Of a stretch of 64,000 bases of DNA, positions 44,063-54,008 are shown one piece after another; position 1 is the first letter of the stretch; each line of letters opens with the position of its first letter. Source of the DNA: Candidatus Kerfeldbacteria bacterium (GTDB taxonomy: Bacteria > Patescibacteriota > Patescibacteriia > SBBC01). Where the stretch lies: the NCBI GenBank assembly GCA_016207275.1, contig JACQPY010000013.1, forward strand, positions 90,583-154,582, given 5' to 3'. A program made the translations under genes and the position numbers. Under the pieces are notes generated by a model. It did not search any database, was not told where the DNA came from, and saw nothing but the letters and a program-made list of their open reading frames with translations.

Positions 44063-44510
44063 GGTCGAGCGCTGTTACCACGGTTACGGGGACGGTGACA
44101 CTGAGGTGGCGGCCAAGGTTGATCACGGCGGTCGCCGAGCCCAGCTGGTCAATCGGCTTTGGGAACGAAACCCAATCGGGCTCAACGGCTAACCCCTGAC
44201 GGCTGAGGGCGGTCATCACCTGTTGGGCGGTGACCGCTCCATAAAGTCTTCCGCGTTGATTGGCGGCGGCAGTGACGGTAATCGGCGTGTGGCTTAATTT
44301 CTCGGCCAGCCGCTGCCGATCGGCTAACTGCTTGGCCTGGGCTAGAACCTGTTGTTTTTGACGCCTGGCCTGTCGTGCCACGACGGCTGGCGTGGCCAGC
44401 TGGGCGAGACCGCCGGGAATGAGGTAATTACGGGCAAATCCGTCAGGTACGGCAAGGACATCCCCGCGACGTCCGGTACCAGGTACGTCGGAGGTGAGGA
44501 TAACTCGCAT
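44055..44510 (-). CDS. rplI: 50S ribosomal protein L9
   Basis: MRVILTSDVPGTGRRGDVLAVPDGFARNYLIPGGLA... Confidence 0.85.
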   Translation of the reverse strand: MRVILTSDVPGTGRRGDVLAVPDGFARNYLIPGGLAQLATPAVVARQARRQKQQVLAQAKQLADRQRLAEKLSHTPITVTAAANQRGRLYGAVTAQQVMTALSRQGLAVEPDWVSFPKPIDQLGSATAVINLGRHLSVTVPVTVVTALDHA

Positions 44511-44521
44511 ACCTTAGTAGT

Positions 44522-44797
44522 TTACCATTGAACCGTGAAGTCCGTGAAGTCATGGCGGGACGACGACCACTTGAGCTTGACCTCGTGAACGTCCCAGGCA
44601 TGCTTAGGGCGAGCCAGCCAATCAAGGAGCGCTTGGAGGTCGCGTTCCGGGCCCTCGGCCACTAAGCGGACGGAACCGTCGGGCTCGTTCCGAATAAAGC
44701 CTCGAAGACCGAGTGACTGCGCTTGCCGAGTCACGCGCCAGCGCAGCGAGACGCCCTGAACGATGCCGCGAATGACAGCGGTCAGTCGCCGCTCCAT
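44522..44797 (-). CDS. acyP: Acylphosphatase (start at the internal Met; the track ORF to 44854 overlaps ctpA)
   Basis: AVIRGIVQGVSLRWRVTRQAQSLGLRGFIRNEPDGSVRLVAEG. Confidence 0.7.
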   Translation of the reverse strand: MERRLTAVIRGIVQGVSLRWRVTRQAQSLGLRGFIRNEPDGSVRLVAEGPERDLQALLDWLARPKHAWDVHEVKLKWSSSRHDFTDFTVQW

Positions 44798-44807
44798 AGC
44801 ACTCCCA

Positions 44808-46022
44808 CTACGATCCGGCGGCCAGCTCGAGCGCTCGTTCGAGCTGAGGGTCATGGTCGGCAGTTATCCCCGCCTCAGGTGCGGGCACCGGTTCAGACGG
44901 ATCAATCCCAACCCCGTCAATTGATTGACCGTTGGGCGTCAACCAGTGCGCGACCGTCAACTTTAGCGTTGAACCATCCGATAGATCCTGGATCTCCTGG
45001 ACCGAGCCTTTACCAAACGAGCGCTCACCGACCAGCGGGGTGTGAAGACGGTCGTGAAGGGCGCCGGCTAAAATTTCTGCAGCCGAGGCTGTGCCTCCAT
45101 TGATCAACACGACTAAACGGTATGAACCGAGTGGTGCATCCGGGGTCGCCATGGTATCGTCGCGCTGGCCGTTGCCAAAGTCTTCGATCACGATCGGGCC
45201 ATCACGCAGCCAGGCGTCGGCGACTGACACCGCCGCATCCAGGTACCCGCCGGTGTTGTTACGCAAATCGACCACGATTCCCGCTGGCTGTCGAACAAGA
45301 ATGTCTTGGACCGCTTGGGAAAACTCTTTGGTACTCGACTGCGTAAAACTCGAAATGGTGACCACCGCTACCTGGCGCTCGCGAGGTGAGCGGTAGGCGA
45401 GCGTCACGCTCTTGATTTGAATGCGCTCACGACGTATTGATACGGTCAGCGGTTGGCGCTCTCGTTCAAGCATCAGCGTCACCGTCGTTCCCTCCTGACC
45501 ACGAATCCGCGACACGGCTTCTTCTAATGACATCGCTTCAGTCGCGGAGCTGTCGATGCGTACGATACTGTCGCGTGGCCGCAGGCCAGCCCGCTCGGCC
45601 GGCGACTGGGGCAAGGGCGCAATCACCACAAGCTGATTATCTTTGAGTCCTAATTCAGCGCCAATTCCCTCGAATTTACCATTGATTTCATCTTCGAAGT
45701 CAGCCGCCTCTTCGGGGTTGAGGTAAAACGAGTAGGGATCATTGAGGCTTCGGACCATTCCCTCAATTGCGCCCCGAATCAGTTCCGTCGAATCAACTGG
45801 TCGTTTGACGTAACGGCTCTGAATCAGCTCCCAGGTCCGACCGAGAGCGCTGACATCGGCGCCGGGCGCCAGTTTGGTTAGACGCTCGACGACCGCCGCA
45901 AAGCGCTGCTCCGGCGTTCCGCCGGCTGGCCACAAACGGCCAACAAAAACTCCAATCGCAAACGATACTAACAACCCCAGGACGACGATCGCTCGACGAT
46001 TAGAGCGGAACGTAGTTGCCAC
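44808..46022 (-). CDS. ctpA: Carboxyl-terminal processing protease (S41 family) with a PDZ domain
   Basis: An N-terminal TM helix, a PDZ domain (GIGAELGLKDNQLVVIAPLPQSPAERAGLRPRDSIVRID), and the S41 core VVLINGGTASAAEILAGAL. Confidence 0.85.
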   Translation of the reverse strand: MATTFRSNRRAIVVLGLLVSFAIGVFVGRLWPAGGTPEQRFAAVVERLTKLAPGADVSALGRTWELIQSRYVKRPVDSTELIRGAIEGMVRSLNDPYSFYLNPEEAADFEDEINGKFEGIGAELGLKDNQLVVIAPLPQSPAERAGLRPRDSIVRIDSSATEAMSLEEAVSRIRGQEGTTVTLMLERERQPLTVSIRRERIQIKSVTLAYRSPRERQVAVVTISSFTQSSTKEFSQAVQDILVRQPAGIVVDLRNNTGGYLDAAVSVADAWLRDGPIVIEDFGNGQRDDTMATPDAPLGSYRLVVLINGGTASAAEILAGALHDRLHTPLVGERSFGKGSVQEIQDLSDGSTLKLTVAHWLTPNGQSIDGVGIDPSEPVPAPEAGITADHDPQLERALELAAGS

Positions 46023-47330
46023 CTAATCCGCCTCCTCAACTCGTTGGATGTTGGCTCCGAGCGCGGCCAAGCGTTGATCCAGTTGCTCGTAGCCTCGATC
46101 GACCTGGTATGCCGGACCGATGACCGAGGTGCCCTGAGCAATTAAGGCGGCGACAAACAGCGCGGCGCCAGCGCGAATGTCGTAGCTGGCAATCTCGGCG
46201 CCGAATAAATTCGTTGGTCCCGTAACCAGCAGGCGATGGGGGTCGGCGACAAAAATTTGTCCGCCCATTTTACGTAATTCCTCGGCGTACTTTTGTCGCC
46301 CCTCATACATCCAATCATGAACCAGGCTGGTGCCGTGGGCTTGCGTCAGCATGACGGTAAAGGCGGGCAGCAGGTCCGCCGCGATCCCAGGGTACGGCAT
46401 ATTATGGACGTTCCGCAGGGCCGTCAGTTCCGTTGAACGACGAACCCGAACATCAGCCACGAGGTACGCTTGATTAATCGATGGGTGAAGCTTGGTAATC
46501 TCGAAATGAACGTTGGCTTCAGAAAACTTTTGCAGTGCAGCCGCCATAAAGGTCGTGGGCACATCAGTCAGAACAAGTTCCGCTCGAGCGGCCGCGGCCA
46601 GGGCGATGAAGGTGCCTGATTCGACCGGGTCGGGCATGACCGCGTACGATTTCAGCGGCGTTAACTGACTGACGCCATCGATCGTTAGGGTATGGGTGCC
46701 GATGCCAGCGACTTTGGCCCCGCGCTGCTGAAGCAACCAACAAAGTTCTTGCACCGATGGCTCAGCCGCCGCACAGTTGATGACGGTGCGCTTACCTTCG
46801 GCCAAAACGGCTGCTAACACAACATTTTCCGTCGCGGTCACGCTAAACTCAGACATGGCCAAAACAACATCACCGCGATCGTGCTGGACGAGCTCGTAGG
46901 TATCGCCTGTTTGCGTAACCTCAACCCCGAGCAGGCGAAAAGCGTCAACGTGGGCCGCCAGCGGACGAGCACCGATTTGGTCACCGCCGGGACCGGGCAT
47001 CCGAACCCGCCGACAGCGTCCGAGCAACGCACCCATTAGGAGCACCGACGACCGCAAGCGACGAACGACTGGCCAGGCCAGCTTCGCCGGGTCAACTGAT
47101 CGCGCTTCGATGGTGAGGGTGTGTAAGTCGTCGCGTGTGACGGTCGCACCAACGCTGCTAAGCAGCTCAATAATCCGCTGGACGTCTTCGATGTTCGGTA
47201 CGTTGGTCAGCGTGCATGGGTGCGGCGAAAGTAACGACGCAACCAGCAGCGGCGTGGCTGCGTTCTTGGAACCTTGAATGCCAATTGTTCCGCTCAACGG
47301 CTGCTGCCCCTGAATTCGGAAGTGAGTCAT
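46023..47330 (-). CDS. murA: UDP-N-acetylglucosamine 1-carboxyvinyltransferase MurA (start at the Met of MTHFRIQG; the track ORF extends to 47414)
   Basis: FRIQGQQPLSGTIGIQGSKNAATPLLVASLL... and the active-site loop region are conserved. Confidence 0.9.
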   Translation of the reverse strand: MTHFRIQGQQPLSGTIGIQGSKNAATPLLVASLLSPHPCTLTNVPNIEDVQRIIELLSSVGATVTRDDLHTLTIEARSVDPAKLAWPVVRRLRSSVLLMGALLGRCRRVRMPGPGGDQIGARPLAAHVDAFRLLGVEVTQTGDTYELVQHDRGDVVLAMSEFSVTATENVVLAAVLAEGKRTVINCAAAEPSVQELCWLLQQRGAKVAGIGTHTLTIDGVSQLTPLKSYAVMPDPVESGTFIALAAAARAELVLTDVPTTFMAAALQKFSEANVHFEITKLHPSINQAYLVADVRVRRSTELTALRNVHNMPYPGIAADLLPAFTVMLTQAHGTSLVHDWMYEGRQKYAEELRKMGGQIFVADPHRLLVTGPTNLFGAEIASYDIRAGAALFVAALIAQGTSVIGPAYQVDRGYEQLDQRLAALGANIQRVEEAD

Positions 47331-47423
47331 GAACCAACCGGTAGCCTTGTCAGCATGCGCCTGATACAATGGTGAGTACGTTGAGCATTCTACCATAATG
47401 AACCAACCCGTCAACGAAAGCCA

Positions 47424-48740
47424 ATGACTGTTCGCGCCCGCCGCTGGTTGTACGTTTTTGCCATCAGCATCTTTGGTTTGATGAGTCCCCTCCTCTTACT
47501 GTATGCCAACGGCTACCGGTTCGACTGGCGGCGAATCCGCCTGCTGCGGACTGGTGGCGTGGTGGTTACTTCCGTGCCGACCGACGCACGCGTTTTCCTG
47601 GACGGGCAGTCGTTCGCTCGGACCACGCCGATGAACATTACGGCCGAATTCCCCGGTACCTACCGCCTGACGCTCGAGCGACCGGCGTTTCAATCCTGGT
47701 CATCGACGGTCAACATCCAAGCCAGCCAAACTAGAAAAATTGACGCGACCCTGCTCCCGTCCACCCCTCGCCGAACCGAATTTACCTTTGACCGCGTCTT
47801 GACGGCCGCCAGTGGTTCGAGTGGACGATTGGCGGTGCTGAGCCAATCGAACGGCCAAGCCTGGCTCGGCGTAGCGCACCCGAGCGCCGTCGAGTATCGT
47901 CCACTTGCTCGGCTGGTCCTACCGCCCGCCGCGGCACCAGTCCTCGCTTGGTCGGCGCGTGGCAGCTTCATCGCCGTACTGCTTCCCAACGCCGCCCTGC
48001 GGATCATTGACGCCACGGATGGACACGATGTTACGCCGCGGTCGGCCCAGCAACCATTCGACCGAATAACCTGGGATCCTGGTAACGATCGGCTACTCTA
48101 CGCCGTCGGCGGCGGATCGCTCTGGCGGGTGGATCTGATCAGTTCGTCGGCTCAGGTGGTGGCCAGTCCGGGGGTGCGTGACGTGGCCATTGCTAATGGC
48201 GAGACGTGGGTGCTGCGAGCCGGCGATCATCAGCTGTCCGTACAGCGACTCGATCCCCTCGCGATCAATACTATTCAGTACCAAACGCGATTACATGCGG
48301 CACTCGACATAACCCGAATCTACGCGATTCACCGTCACGTGGTGGTGACAGCCGGGCCGACTGGCGTCGCGGTGCTCGACCGGCGGACCGGTGAAACCGA
48401 CGTCCTTCCGATTACCGACTTGCAGGAGGCCGTCATCGACACCACCGACTCCTTTGTATTGTTGCGGACCCCGACGGAACTTTGGTCAGTCGACATCGGC
48501 CATTCGACGGAGAGCCTGGTCGTCAGCCAATCATCCTTGCGCGCGGCGCGTTGGTACCCGAAACGGCCCGTCGCCTTGGTCTTAACCGACGACGGCCTTC
48601 GCCTCGAAGATATCTTCCTCCGTAGTGGAGTGGCCGGTACCCTGGGCCCGTTTCCGGACGCCCGACAGCTTCACCTTATTGACGACCGAACGGTGATCGT
48701 CGAAACCGACCATACCCTGGTGGCCTTTCAGCTCCACTAA
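47424..48740 (+). CDS. PEGA-domain membrane-anchored protein with a C-terminal beta-rich domain
   Basis: An N-terminal TM helix and a PEGA domain (VVVTSVPTDARVFLDGQSFARTTPMNITAEFPGTYRLTLERPAFQSW). Unknown function. Confidence 0.55.
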   Translation: MTVRARRWLYVFAISIFGLMSPLLLLYANGYRFDWRRIRLLRTGGVVVTSVPTDARVFLDGQSFARTTPMNITAEFPGTYRLTLERPAFQSWSSTVNIQASQTRKIDATLLPSTPRRTEFTFDRVLTAASGSSGRLAVLSQSNGQAWLGVAHPSAVEYRPLARLVLPPAAAPVLAWSARGSFIAVLLPNAALRIIDATDGHDVTPRSAQQPFDRITWDPGNDRLLYAVGGGSLWRVDLISSSAQVVASPGVRDVAIANGETWVLRAGDHQLSVQRLDPLAINTIQYQTRLHAALDITRIYAIHRHVVVTAGPTGVAVLDRRTGETDVLPITDLQEAVIDTTDSFVLLRTPTELWSVDIGHSTESLVVSQSSLRAARWYPKRPVALVLTDDGLRLEDIFLRSGVAGTLGPFPDARQLHLIDDRTVIVETDHTLVAFQLH

Positions 48741-49465
48741 GCCCGACGACGAGCCCGCTCAGCAGTGATCACATTGGCCTGCAGCAGCGCGTCAAAGGTA
48801 CCGGTATCGAGCCAGTCCCCAGTAAACAGCTGGACCTCAAGCTGACCGCGCTCGAGGTATCGATTATTGAGGTCAGTTATTTCCAGCTCACCACGAGCTG
48901 AAGGCTTGAGCGATTTCGCAAAACCAACCGCCTGGCTATCGTAGATGTACAAGCCGGTAACCGCGTACGAGCTTCGGGGGGCGGTCGGCTTCTCGGTAAT
49001 CGCGGTCGCCACCATTTGTTCATTAAACTCAACCACGCCGTAACGTTGGGGGTCAACCACCTGTTTCGCAAAGACTTGTCCGCCCGACGTAAACGACTTA
49101 ACCGCCGTCCGAATCTGACCCTGTTCGTCAAAAAAGAGGTTATCACCGAGGATCATCGTAACCGAGTCCTGACCAATGAATGTTTCACCAATAATAAAGG
49201 CCTGAGCCAAACCCTCCGGTCGTTCCTGAATTTCATAGGTAAATTTGACGCCAAACTCCTTGCCCGAACCGAGCACGCGGAGGTAATCACCGGCTCGATC
49301 TGGTGCAACGATGATCAAAATGTTCCTTATTCCGGCGCTGACCAGTGTTTGCAGCGGGTAAAAAATCATCGGGCGATCGTAGACGGGTAGCAGCTGCTTG
49401 CTCGTCACCAGCGTCAACGGCCGGAGCCGAGTACCGTTGCCACCGGCCAAAATAATTCCTTTCAT
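48737..49465 (-). CDS. rmlA: Glucose-1-phosphate thymidylyltransferase (short RmlA-type)
   Basis: MKGIILAGGNGTRLRPLT...KQLLPVYDRPMIFYPL... Confidence 0.9.
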   Translation of the reverse strand: MKGIILAGGNGTRLRPLTLVTSKQLLPVYDRPMIFYPLQTLVSAGIRNILIIVAPDRAGDYLRVLGSGKEFGVKFTYEIQERPEGLAQAFIIGETFIGQDSVTMILGDNLFFDEQGQIRTAVKSFTSGGQVFAKQVVDPQRYGVVEFNEQMVATAITEKPTAPRSSYAVTGLYIYDSQAVGFAKSLKPSARGELEITDLNNRYLERGQLEVQLFTGDWLDTGTFDALLQANVITAERARRRA

Positions 49466-50310
49466 ATTTGCCGTTCGCCGAAGGTTAGCAGGTAATCGTG
49501 CAGGGCCGCTGGCCAGGGCCGCAGCGGTGGCAGCTTGGTCGATCGAAGCACAGAATATCTTGGCCGGGCGGCCGGTCGTGGAAAAGCCGATCCTGACACA
49601 GGATTCAGTCTAACAGAAACGTTGACCAGCGCAAATATTTCCTTGGCCAAGCCGAACCAGGTGCAGCTTCCGTCGTTCGTTCGGTGGAAAACCCCCGTCG
49701 CTCCCGATTGGATCAGCGCCACGGTCGCCTGGGCGAGGTCGTTAGCGTACGTGGGGCTAGCGGTTTCATCATTGACCACTGAAACAACTGGTTTAGTTTT
49801 CGCCAGCTCCAGCATCCGCCGAACAAAGTCAAGCTTGCTGCTTGATCCGTTGGCCTGGCCAAAGAGTCGCGAGGTGCGAATCAGTAACCAGTCGCGACCC
49901 CGTTGTTGCAGAAGCTGCTCGCCTCGGTACTTGCTTCGCCCATAGGCGCTGATCGGTGTGGGCGTGGCCTGCTCATCGTAGCCGCTGCTACGGCGCCCAT
50001 CGAACACGTAGTCGGTCGAGAACTGGACGAATCGAGAGCCGAACGAAGCACAGGCTGCCGCCAATTCGCCAACCGCTAGGCCGTTGATGATGGTCGCCCG
50101 ACGCTCGTCCTGTTCAGCCTGATCAACGTCGGTAAAAGCGGCTGCGTTGATGACGATTTCCGGCCGAATCGAATTGATTTTCGGCGCAATTGAATTAAGA
50201 TCGGACAAATCAAGATCAGCCGATGTCCAGGCGATCACGGATTCGCTTACCAAAACACGTCGCAGCGCCGTACCGAGCGTGCCGTCAGCGCCAATGATTA
50301 AGACCTTCAT
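49462..50310 (-). CDS. rmlD: dTDP-4-dehydrorhamnose reductase
   Basis: MKVLIIGADGTLGTAL...STDYVFDG...YGRSKYRGE. A 4-nt overlap with rmlA. Confidence 0.85.
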   Translation of the reverse strand: MKVLIIGADGTLGTALRRVLVSESVIAWTSADLDLSDLNSIAPKINSIRPEIVINAAAFTDVDQAEQDERRATIINGLAVGELAAACASFGSRFVQFSTDYVFDGRRSSGYDEQATPTPISAYGRSKYRGEQLLQQRGRDWLLIRTSRLFGQANGSSSKLDFVRRMLELAKTKPVVSVVNDETASPTYANDLAQATVALIQSGATGVFHRTNDGSCTWFGLAKEIFALVNVSVRLNPVSGSAFPRPAARPRYSVLRSTKLPPLRPWPAALHDYLLTFGERQI

Positions 50311-51317
50311 GCGGACGCATCATCCGGGCGCTCGTCGTGGGCGCCAAAGCTGCCGTCTTTAAGCTTCTTCCACCACCATTCGTTTTCGCGGTACCAGCGA
50401 ACGGTTGAAATCAACCCCTGATCGAATGTCCGCGTCGGGGCCCAGCCTAACTCAGTCTTGATTTTAGTGCTGTCGAGGGCGTAGCGACGATCGTGGCCTG
50501 GCCGATCCTTAACGAACTCGATCACGTTCTCGCGCAGGCCCAGTAGGGGCAAAATTTTTCTCGTTACCTCAATATTCGTTAGTCGCTCCCCGGTGCCAAT
50601 ATTGTAAACCTCTCCCGGTCGTCCTGTGGTTATGATCGAATCAATGGCGGCGCAGTGATCGGGCACGTAAATCCACTCCCGTACGTGCTGACCGTCACCG
50701 TAGACCGATACCTTCTTACCCTCCAGCAGGTTTGTAATGAACAAGGGGATCAGCTTTTCCGGGTACTGATAGGGACCAAAGAAGTTACAGCTGTTGGTAA
50801 CGATAGTTGGCAATCCATAGGTACGCCAGTAGGACCGGACGAGGTGGTCAGCGCCAGCTTTCGAAGCCGAGTATGGACTCGACGGGTCAAACGGCGATTG
50901 TTCGGTGAACAAACCGTCCTGGGTTGAACCAAAAACCTCATCAGTGGAAATCTGAACGTACTTCTTAACGCCGTGTCGCCTCGCCGTTTCGAGAAGCGTG
51001 TAGGTACCGACAACGTCAGTGATGATGAATGGTTTAGGGTCGTGAATCGAACGGTCAACGAATGTTTCCGCTGCATAGTTGAGTACGATCTCGGGTCGGT
51101 TCTGTTTAAAAACCCTCTCGACGACGCCTTCGTCAGCAATATCGCCTTTAACGAAAACGTACCGAGGGTGCCCGACGATATCTTTGAGGTTATCGAGATT
51201 GCCGGCGTAGGTCAGCTTATCGAGGTTGACGACCATGGCGTCAGCGTACTTATTGAGGAGGAATCGAACCATGTTCGATCCCATGAAGCCAGCGCCGCCG
51301 GTCAACAAGATGCGCAT
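50307..51317 (-). CDS. rmlB: dTDP-glucose 4,6-dehydratase
   Basis: MRILLTGGAGFMGSNMVRFLL..., SDR-extended YxxxK (YSASKAGADHLVRSY). Confidence 0.9.
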   Translation of the reverse strand: MRILLTGGAGFMGSNMVRFLLNKYADAMVVNLDKLTYAGNLDNLKDIVGHPRYVFVKGDIADEGVVERVFKQNRPEIVLNYAAETFVDRSIHDPKPFIITDVVGTYTLLETARRHGVKKYVQISTDEVFGSTQDGLFTEQSPFDPSSPYSASKAGADHLVRSYWRTYGLPTIVTNSCNFFGPYQYPEKLIPLFITNLLEGKKVSVYGDGQHVREWIYVPDHCAAIDSIITTGRPGEVYNIGTGERLTNIEVTRKILPLLGLRENVIEFVKDRPGHDRRYALDSTKIKTELGWAPTRTFDQGLISTVRWYRENEWWWKKLKDGSFGAHDERPDDASA

Positions 51318-51326
51318 GCCGCGCTC

Positions 51327-52583
51327 CTAGGTCCCCTGTTGCCAGCCCGCGAGGTAGCGACGCTGGGCTAGGGTCAGCGTATCGATGGTCAGACCGAGTA
51401 CCCGGAGCTTGAGACGGGCAATGGTCTGGTCAAGCGCCTCCGGGAGGGTGTAGACCCGATGCTCGAGCGTTCGGTGATGCTTGACGACGTACTCAGCGGC
51501 CAAGGCTTGGTTAGCAAAGCTCATGTCCATAACCGCCGCCGGATGGCCCTCCGCCGCGACCAGGTTCAGGAGCCGGCCTTCAGCGATGAGGTAGATCGTT
51601 CGTCCGCCAGCAAACTCATAGGCGCGGACGAATGGCCGGACGACAAAGCTCCGTCGGGCGCGACGGGTAATGGCCGGCATGTCAATTTCGACGTCAAAGT
51701 GGCCGCTGTTGCCGATGATTGCTCCGCGCTTCATCCGCGCCACGTGTTCCGGGCGGATGACTGAAGCGTTGCCGGTGACCGTCACGAAGATGTCACCGTG
51801 GGAAGCAGCTTGCGCCATTGACATTACCTGAAAACCATCGAGGTTCGCTTCGAGTGCTCGAACCGGGTCAACCTCAGTGACGATGACGTGGGCTCCCATA
51901 CCGCGCGCGCGGGTGGCGACGCCCTTGCCGCAAAACCCATAACCAGCGACCACGAACGTTTTTCCGGCCAGCAGGACGTTAGTGGCTCGAAGAAGACCGT
52001 CAATCGTGCTCTGGCCCGTCCCGTACCGATTATCAAAAAAGTGTTTGGTCTTGGAGTCATTGACGGCGATCACTGGAAAACGCAGCACGCCGTGGCGCTC
52101 CATGCTGCGCAATCGAACGACCCCAGTGGTGGTTTCCTCGGTTGAGCCCCAGACCGAAACGGCCTGCGCCGGCCGCTTGGCATGAAGCAGACTGACCAAA
52201 TCAGCTCCATCGTCCATCGTCAGGTGCGGCTTGGTGTCAAGCGCAGTGTTGAGATGACGATAGTAAACCGCCCGGTTTTCACCTTTGCGGGCGAAGACCG
52301 GAATCCGGTGGTAGGTGACGAGTGCGGCGGCCGTGTCGTCCTGCGTCGACAGTGGATTAGAGGCGCAGACGACCACCTGTGCTCCGCCAGCTTTCAACGT
52401 CGACGCCAGCACGGCTGTCTCGGTGGTGACATGCAGGCAGCAAGCTACCCGGACACCCTGGAGCGGACGCTGCCGGGCGAAACGTTGATGGATCAGACGG
52501 AGCACGTCCATCTGCCGCTCGGCCCAATCGATTCGTTTCTGCCCAGCCGCGGCCAACTTGAGATTCGTCACATCGTGCTTCAT
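51327..52583 (-). CDS. ahcY: Adenosylhomocysteinase (SAH hydrolase)
   Basis: [21 protein letters not shown]..., NAD-binding [27 protein letters not shown]. Confidence 0.9.
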   Translation of the reverse strand: MKHDVTNLKLAAAGQKRIDWAERQMDVLRLIHQRFARQRPLQGVRVACCLHVTTETAVLASTLKAGGAQVVVCASNPLSTQDDTAAALVTYHRIPVFARKGENRAVYYRHLNTALDTKPHLTMDDGADLVSLLHAKRPAQAVSVWGSTEETTTGVVRLRSMERHGVLRFPVIAVNDSKTKHFFDNRYGTGQSTIDGLLRATNVLLAGKTFVVAGYGFCGKGVATRARGMGAHVIVTEVDPVRALEANLDGFQVMSMAQAASHGDIFVTVTGNASVIRPEHVARMKRGAIIGNSGHFDVEIDMPAITRRARRSFVVRPFVRAYEFAGGRTIYLIAEGRLLNLVAAEGHPAAVMDMSFANQALAAEYVVKHHRTLEHRVYTLPEALDQTIARLKLRVLGLTIDTLTLAQRRYLAGWQQGT

Positions 52584-53572
52584 GAGAAACCCTTTGATCC
52601 TAACGTTAGTGGTTGGCGAAAGTTAGCGCGAAAACGTTTGCTGAACTCGGATCGCGAGAACCGATGTGTCTGTGTGCCGCGTCGTTCAACCGTGTAGACG
52701 CTGGCAACGGCTCCCATTTTAGCAGCAGTAATGAGGGACTGTCCACTGACTAAGCCGGCGATCAGTCCGGCCCGATACGCGTCGCCGGCGCCAGTCGGAT
52801 CAACTATCGCGCGCGGTCGGGCAATCGGAATGTGAATCTGATGTGACCCGTGCCGGACGACCGAACCTTTGGCGCCAAACGTGGTTACCAGGTAACGAAC
52901 CAATTTCTCCAACCTGGATCGAGGCCAGCCTGACCGCTTGATCATCAAATCTAACTCGTAATCGTTGGAAATGAAACCATCAGCCTGGCGAACTAGTGCC
53001 CGCAGTTGGGCAGCTGAAAGTACGGGCAGGGTTTGTCCGGGATCAAACAGGTACGGCACGCGAAATCGAACCAGCTGCTGAGCCGCCAAGACCATATCTT
53101 TGGGATTGCCCGGCGAAAGGACGGCGTAGGCGGCCCGACGCAAGCGATGTCTGGCCGCGGCTTGAGCCACGGCCGGCACGGCTAAGGCGCCGAGTTGGAA
53201 GGCCGAAATCTGGTTATCGTCGCGGTCAGTAATCATGTACGCGGCGGCCGTGGCTCGACCAGACACCGTCTGTACGGCGCCGAGATCAACACGCTGGCGC
53301 GATAGCTTCACGCGGTAGGCCGCAAAGTCATGACCGACCGAGCCGACCAGCGCCGTCGGGACGCCGAACAATCGTAAAGTATAGGCGATGTTGCCAGCGG
53401 TCCCGCCAAAGCTCTCTTGTATCTGGTCAACCGTGAAGCTAACGTTCAGCAGATGAACTTTTTCGGGCAGAATAACCTCAGCAAATCGACCGGGAAAATC
53501 AAAAATGCGGTCGTAGGCAATTGAACCGACCACGACGATCGGTCGGCGGATCATCGATGCTGGGTGGCCCAA
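52580..53572 (-). CDS. PfkB-family carbohydrate/nucleoside kinase (possibly an adenosine kinase given the adjacent ahcY)
   Basis: [15 protein letters not shown] and the PfkB C-terminal motif [18 protein letters not shown] 4-nt overlap with ahcY. Confidence 0.7.
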   Translation of the reverse strand: MGHPASMIRRPIVVVGSIAYDRIFDFPGRFAEVILPEKVHLLNVSFTVDQIQESFGGTAGNIAYTLRLFGVPTALVGSVGHDFAAYRVKLSRQRVDLGAVQTVSGRATAAAYMITDRDDNQISAFQLGALAVPAVAQAAARHRLRRAAYAVLSPGNPKDMVLAAQQLVRFRVPYLFDPGQTLPVLSAAQLRALVRQADGFISNDYELDLMIKRSGWPRSRLEKLVRYLVTTFGAKGSVVRHGSHQIHIPIARPRAIVDPTGAGDAYRAGLIAGLVSGQSLITAAKMGAVASVYTVERRGTQTHRFSRSEFSKRFRANFRQPLTLGSKGFS

Positions 53573-54006
53573 TCAAAGCCGATCGTCGGATCGTCGAACG
53601 GAATCCGCTGCTCGTCAGGTTGCGTTGGTTGATACGAAGCGGTCGTGACGTAGACTAAGACCACTGATTGTTGGCCGAGCACGCGGTAGCCATGCGCCAC
53701 GCCCTTGGGAATTTTAATTAAGACTGGCTGCTGCTCGCCAGCATAGATCACGTCAGTCTGCCCCTTGGTCGGCGAATCTGGCCGACGATCGTACAAGACA
53801 ACCTGGGCCATCCCCGAGGCCACGTACCACAGATCATCCTGACGCTCGTGCCAGTGGAAAGCCTTGATCACGCCGGGGTAGGTCTCGGTAATCGAAACTT
53901 GACCGAATCGTTCAAGCAACCGATCGTCGTCGCGAACGATTTCCCGAAAGTACCCTCGATCATCGGGGTGGGTGGTTAAGGCTTGGACGATCACGCCATC
54001 AATCAT
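53551..54006 (-). CDS. Small cupin-fold dTDP-sugar epimerase/isomerase (RmlC-like or FdtA-like)
   Basis: At 151 aa, DDRGYFREI...KAFHWHERQDDLWYVASGMAQVVLYD...IPKGVAHGY has the cupin HxH...H pattern. It cannot be told from sequence alone whether this is a 3,5-epimerase or a 3,4-ketoisomerase. Confidence 0.6.
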   Translation of the reverse strand: MIDGVIVQALTTHPDDRGYFREIVRDDDRLLERFGQVSITETYPGVIKAFHWHERQDDLWYVASGMAQVVLYDRRPDSPTKGQTDVIYAGEQQPVLIKIPKGVAHGYRVLGQQSVVLVYVTTASYQPTQPDEQRIPFDDPTIGFDWATQHR

Positions 54007-54008
54007 CG

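Noticed and set aside
47341-47400. Candidate plus-strand promoter hexamers (TTGTCA...TACAAT; TTGAGC...CATAAT) upstream of the PEGA gene.
   Set aside because: Spacer lengths are 12 and 7 nt, far from the functional 16-19 nt range. Reported only as an unresolved divergent control region.
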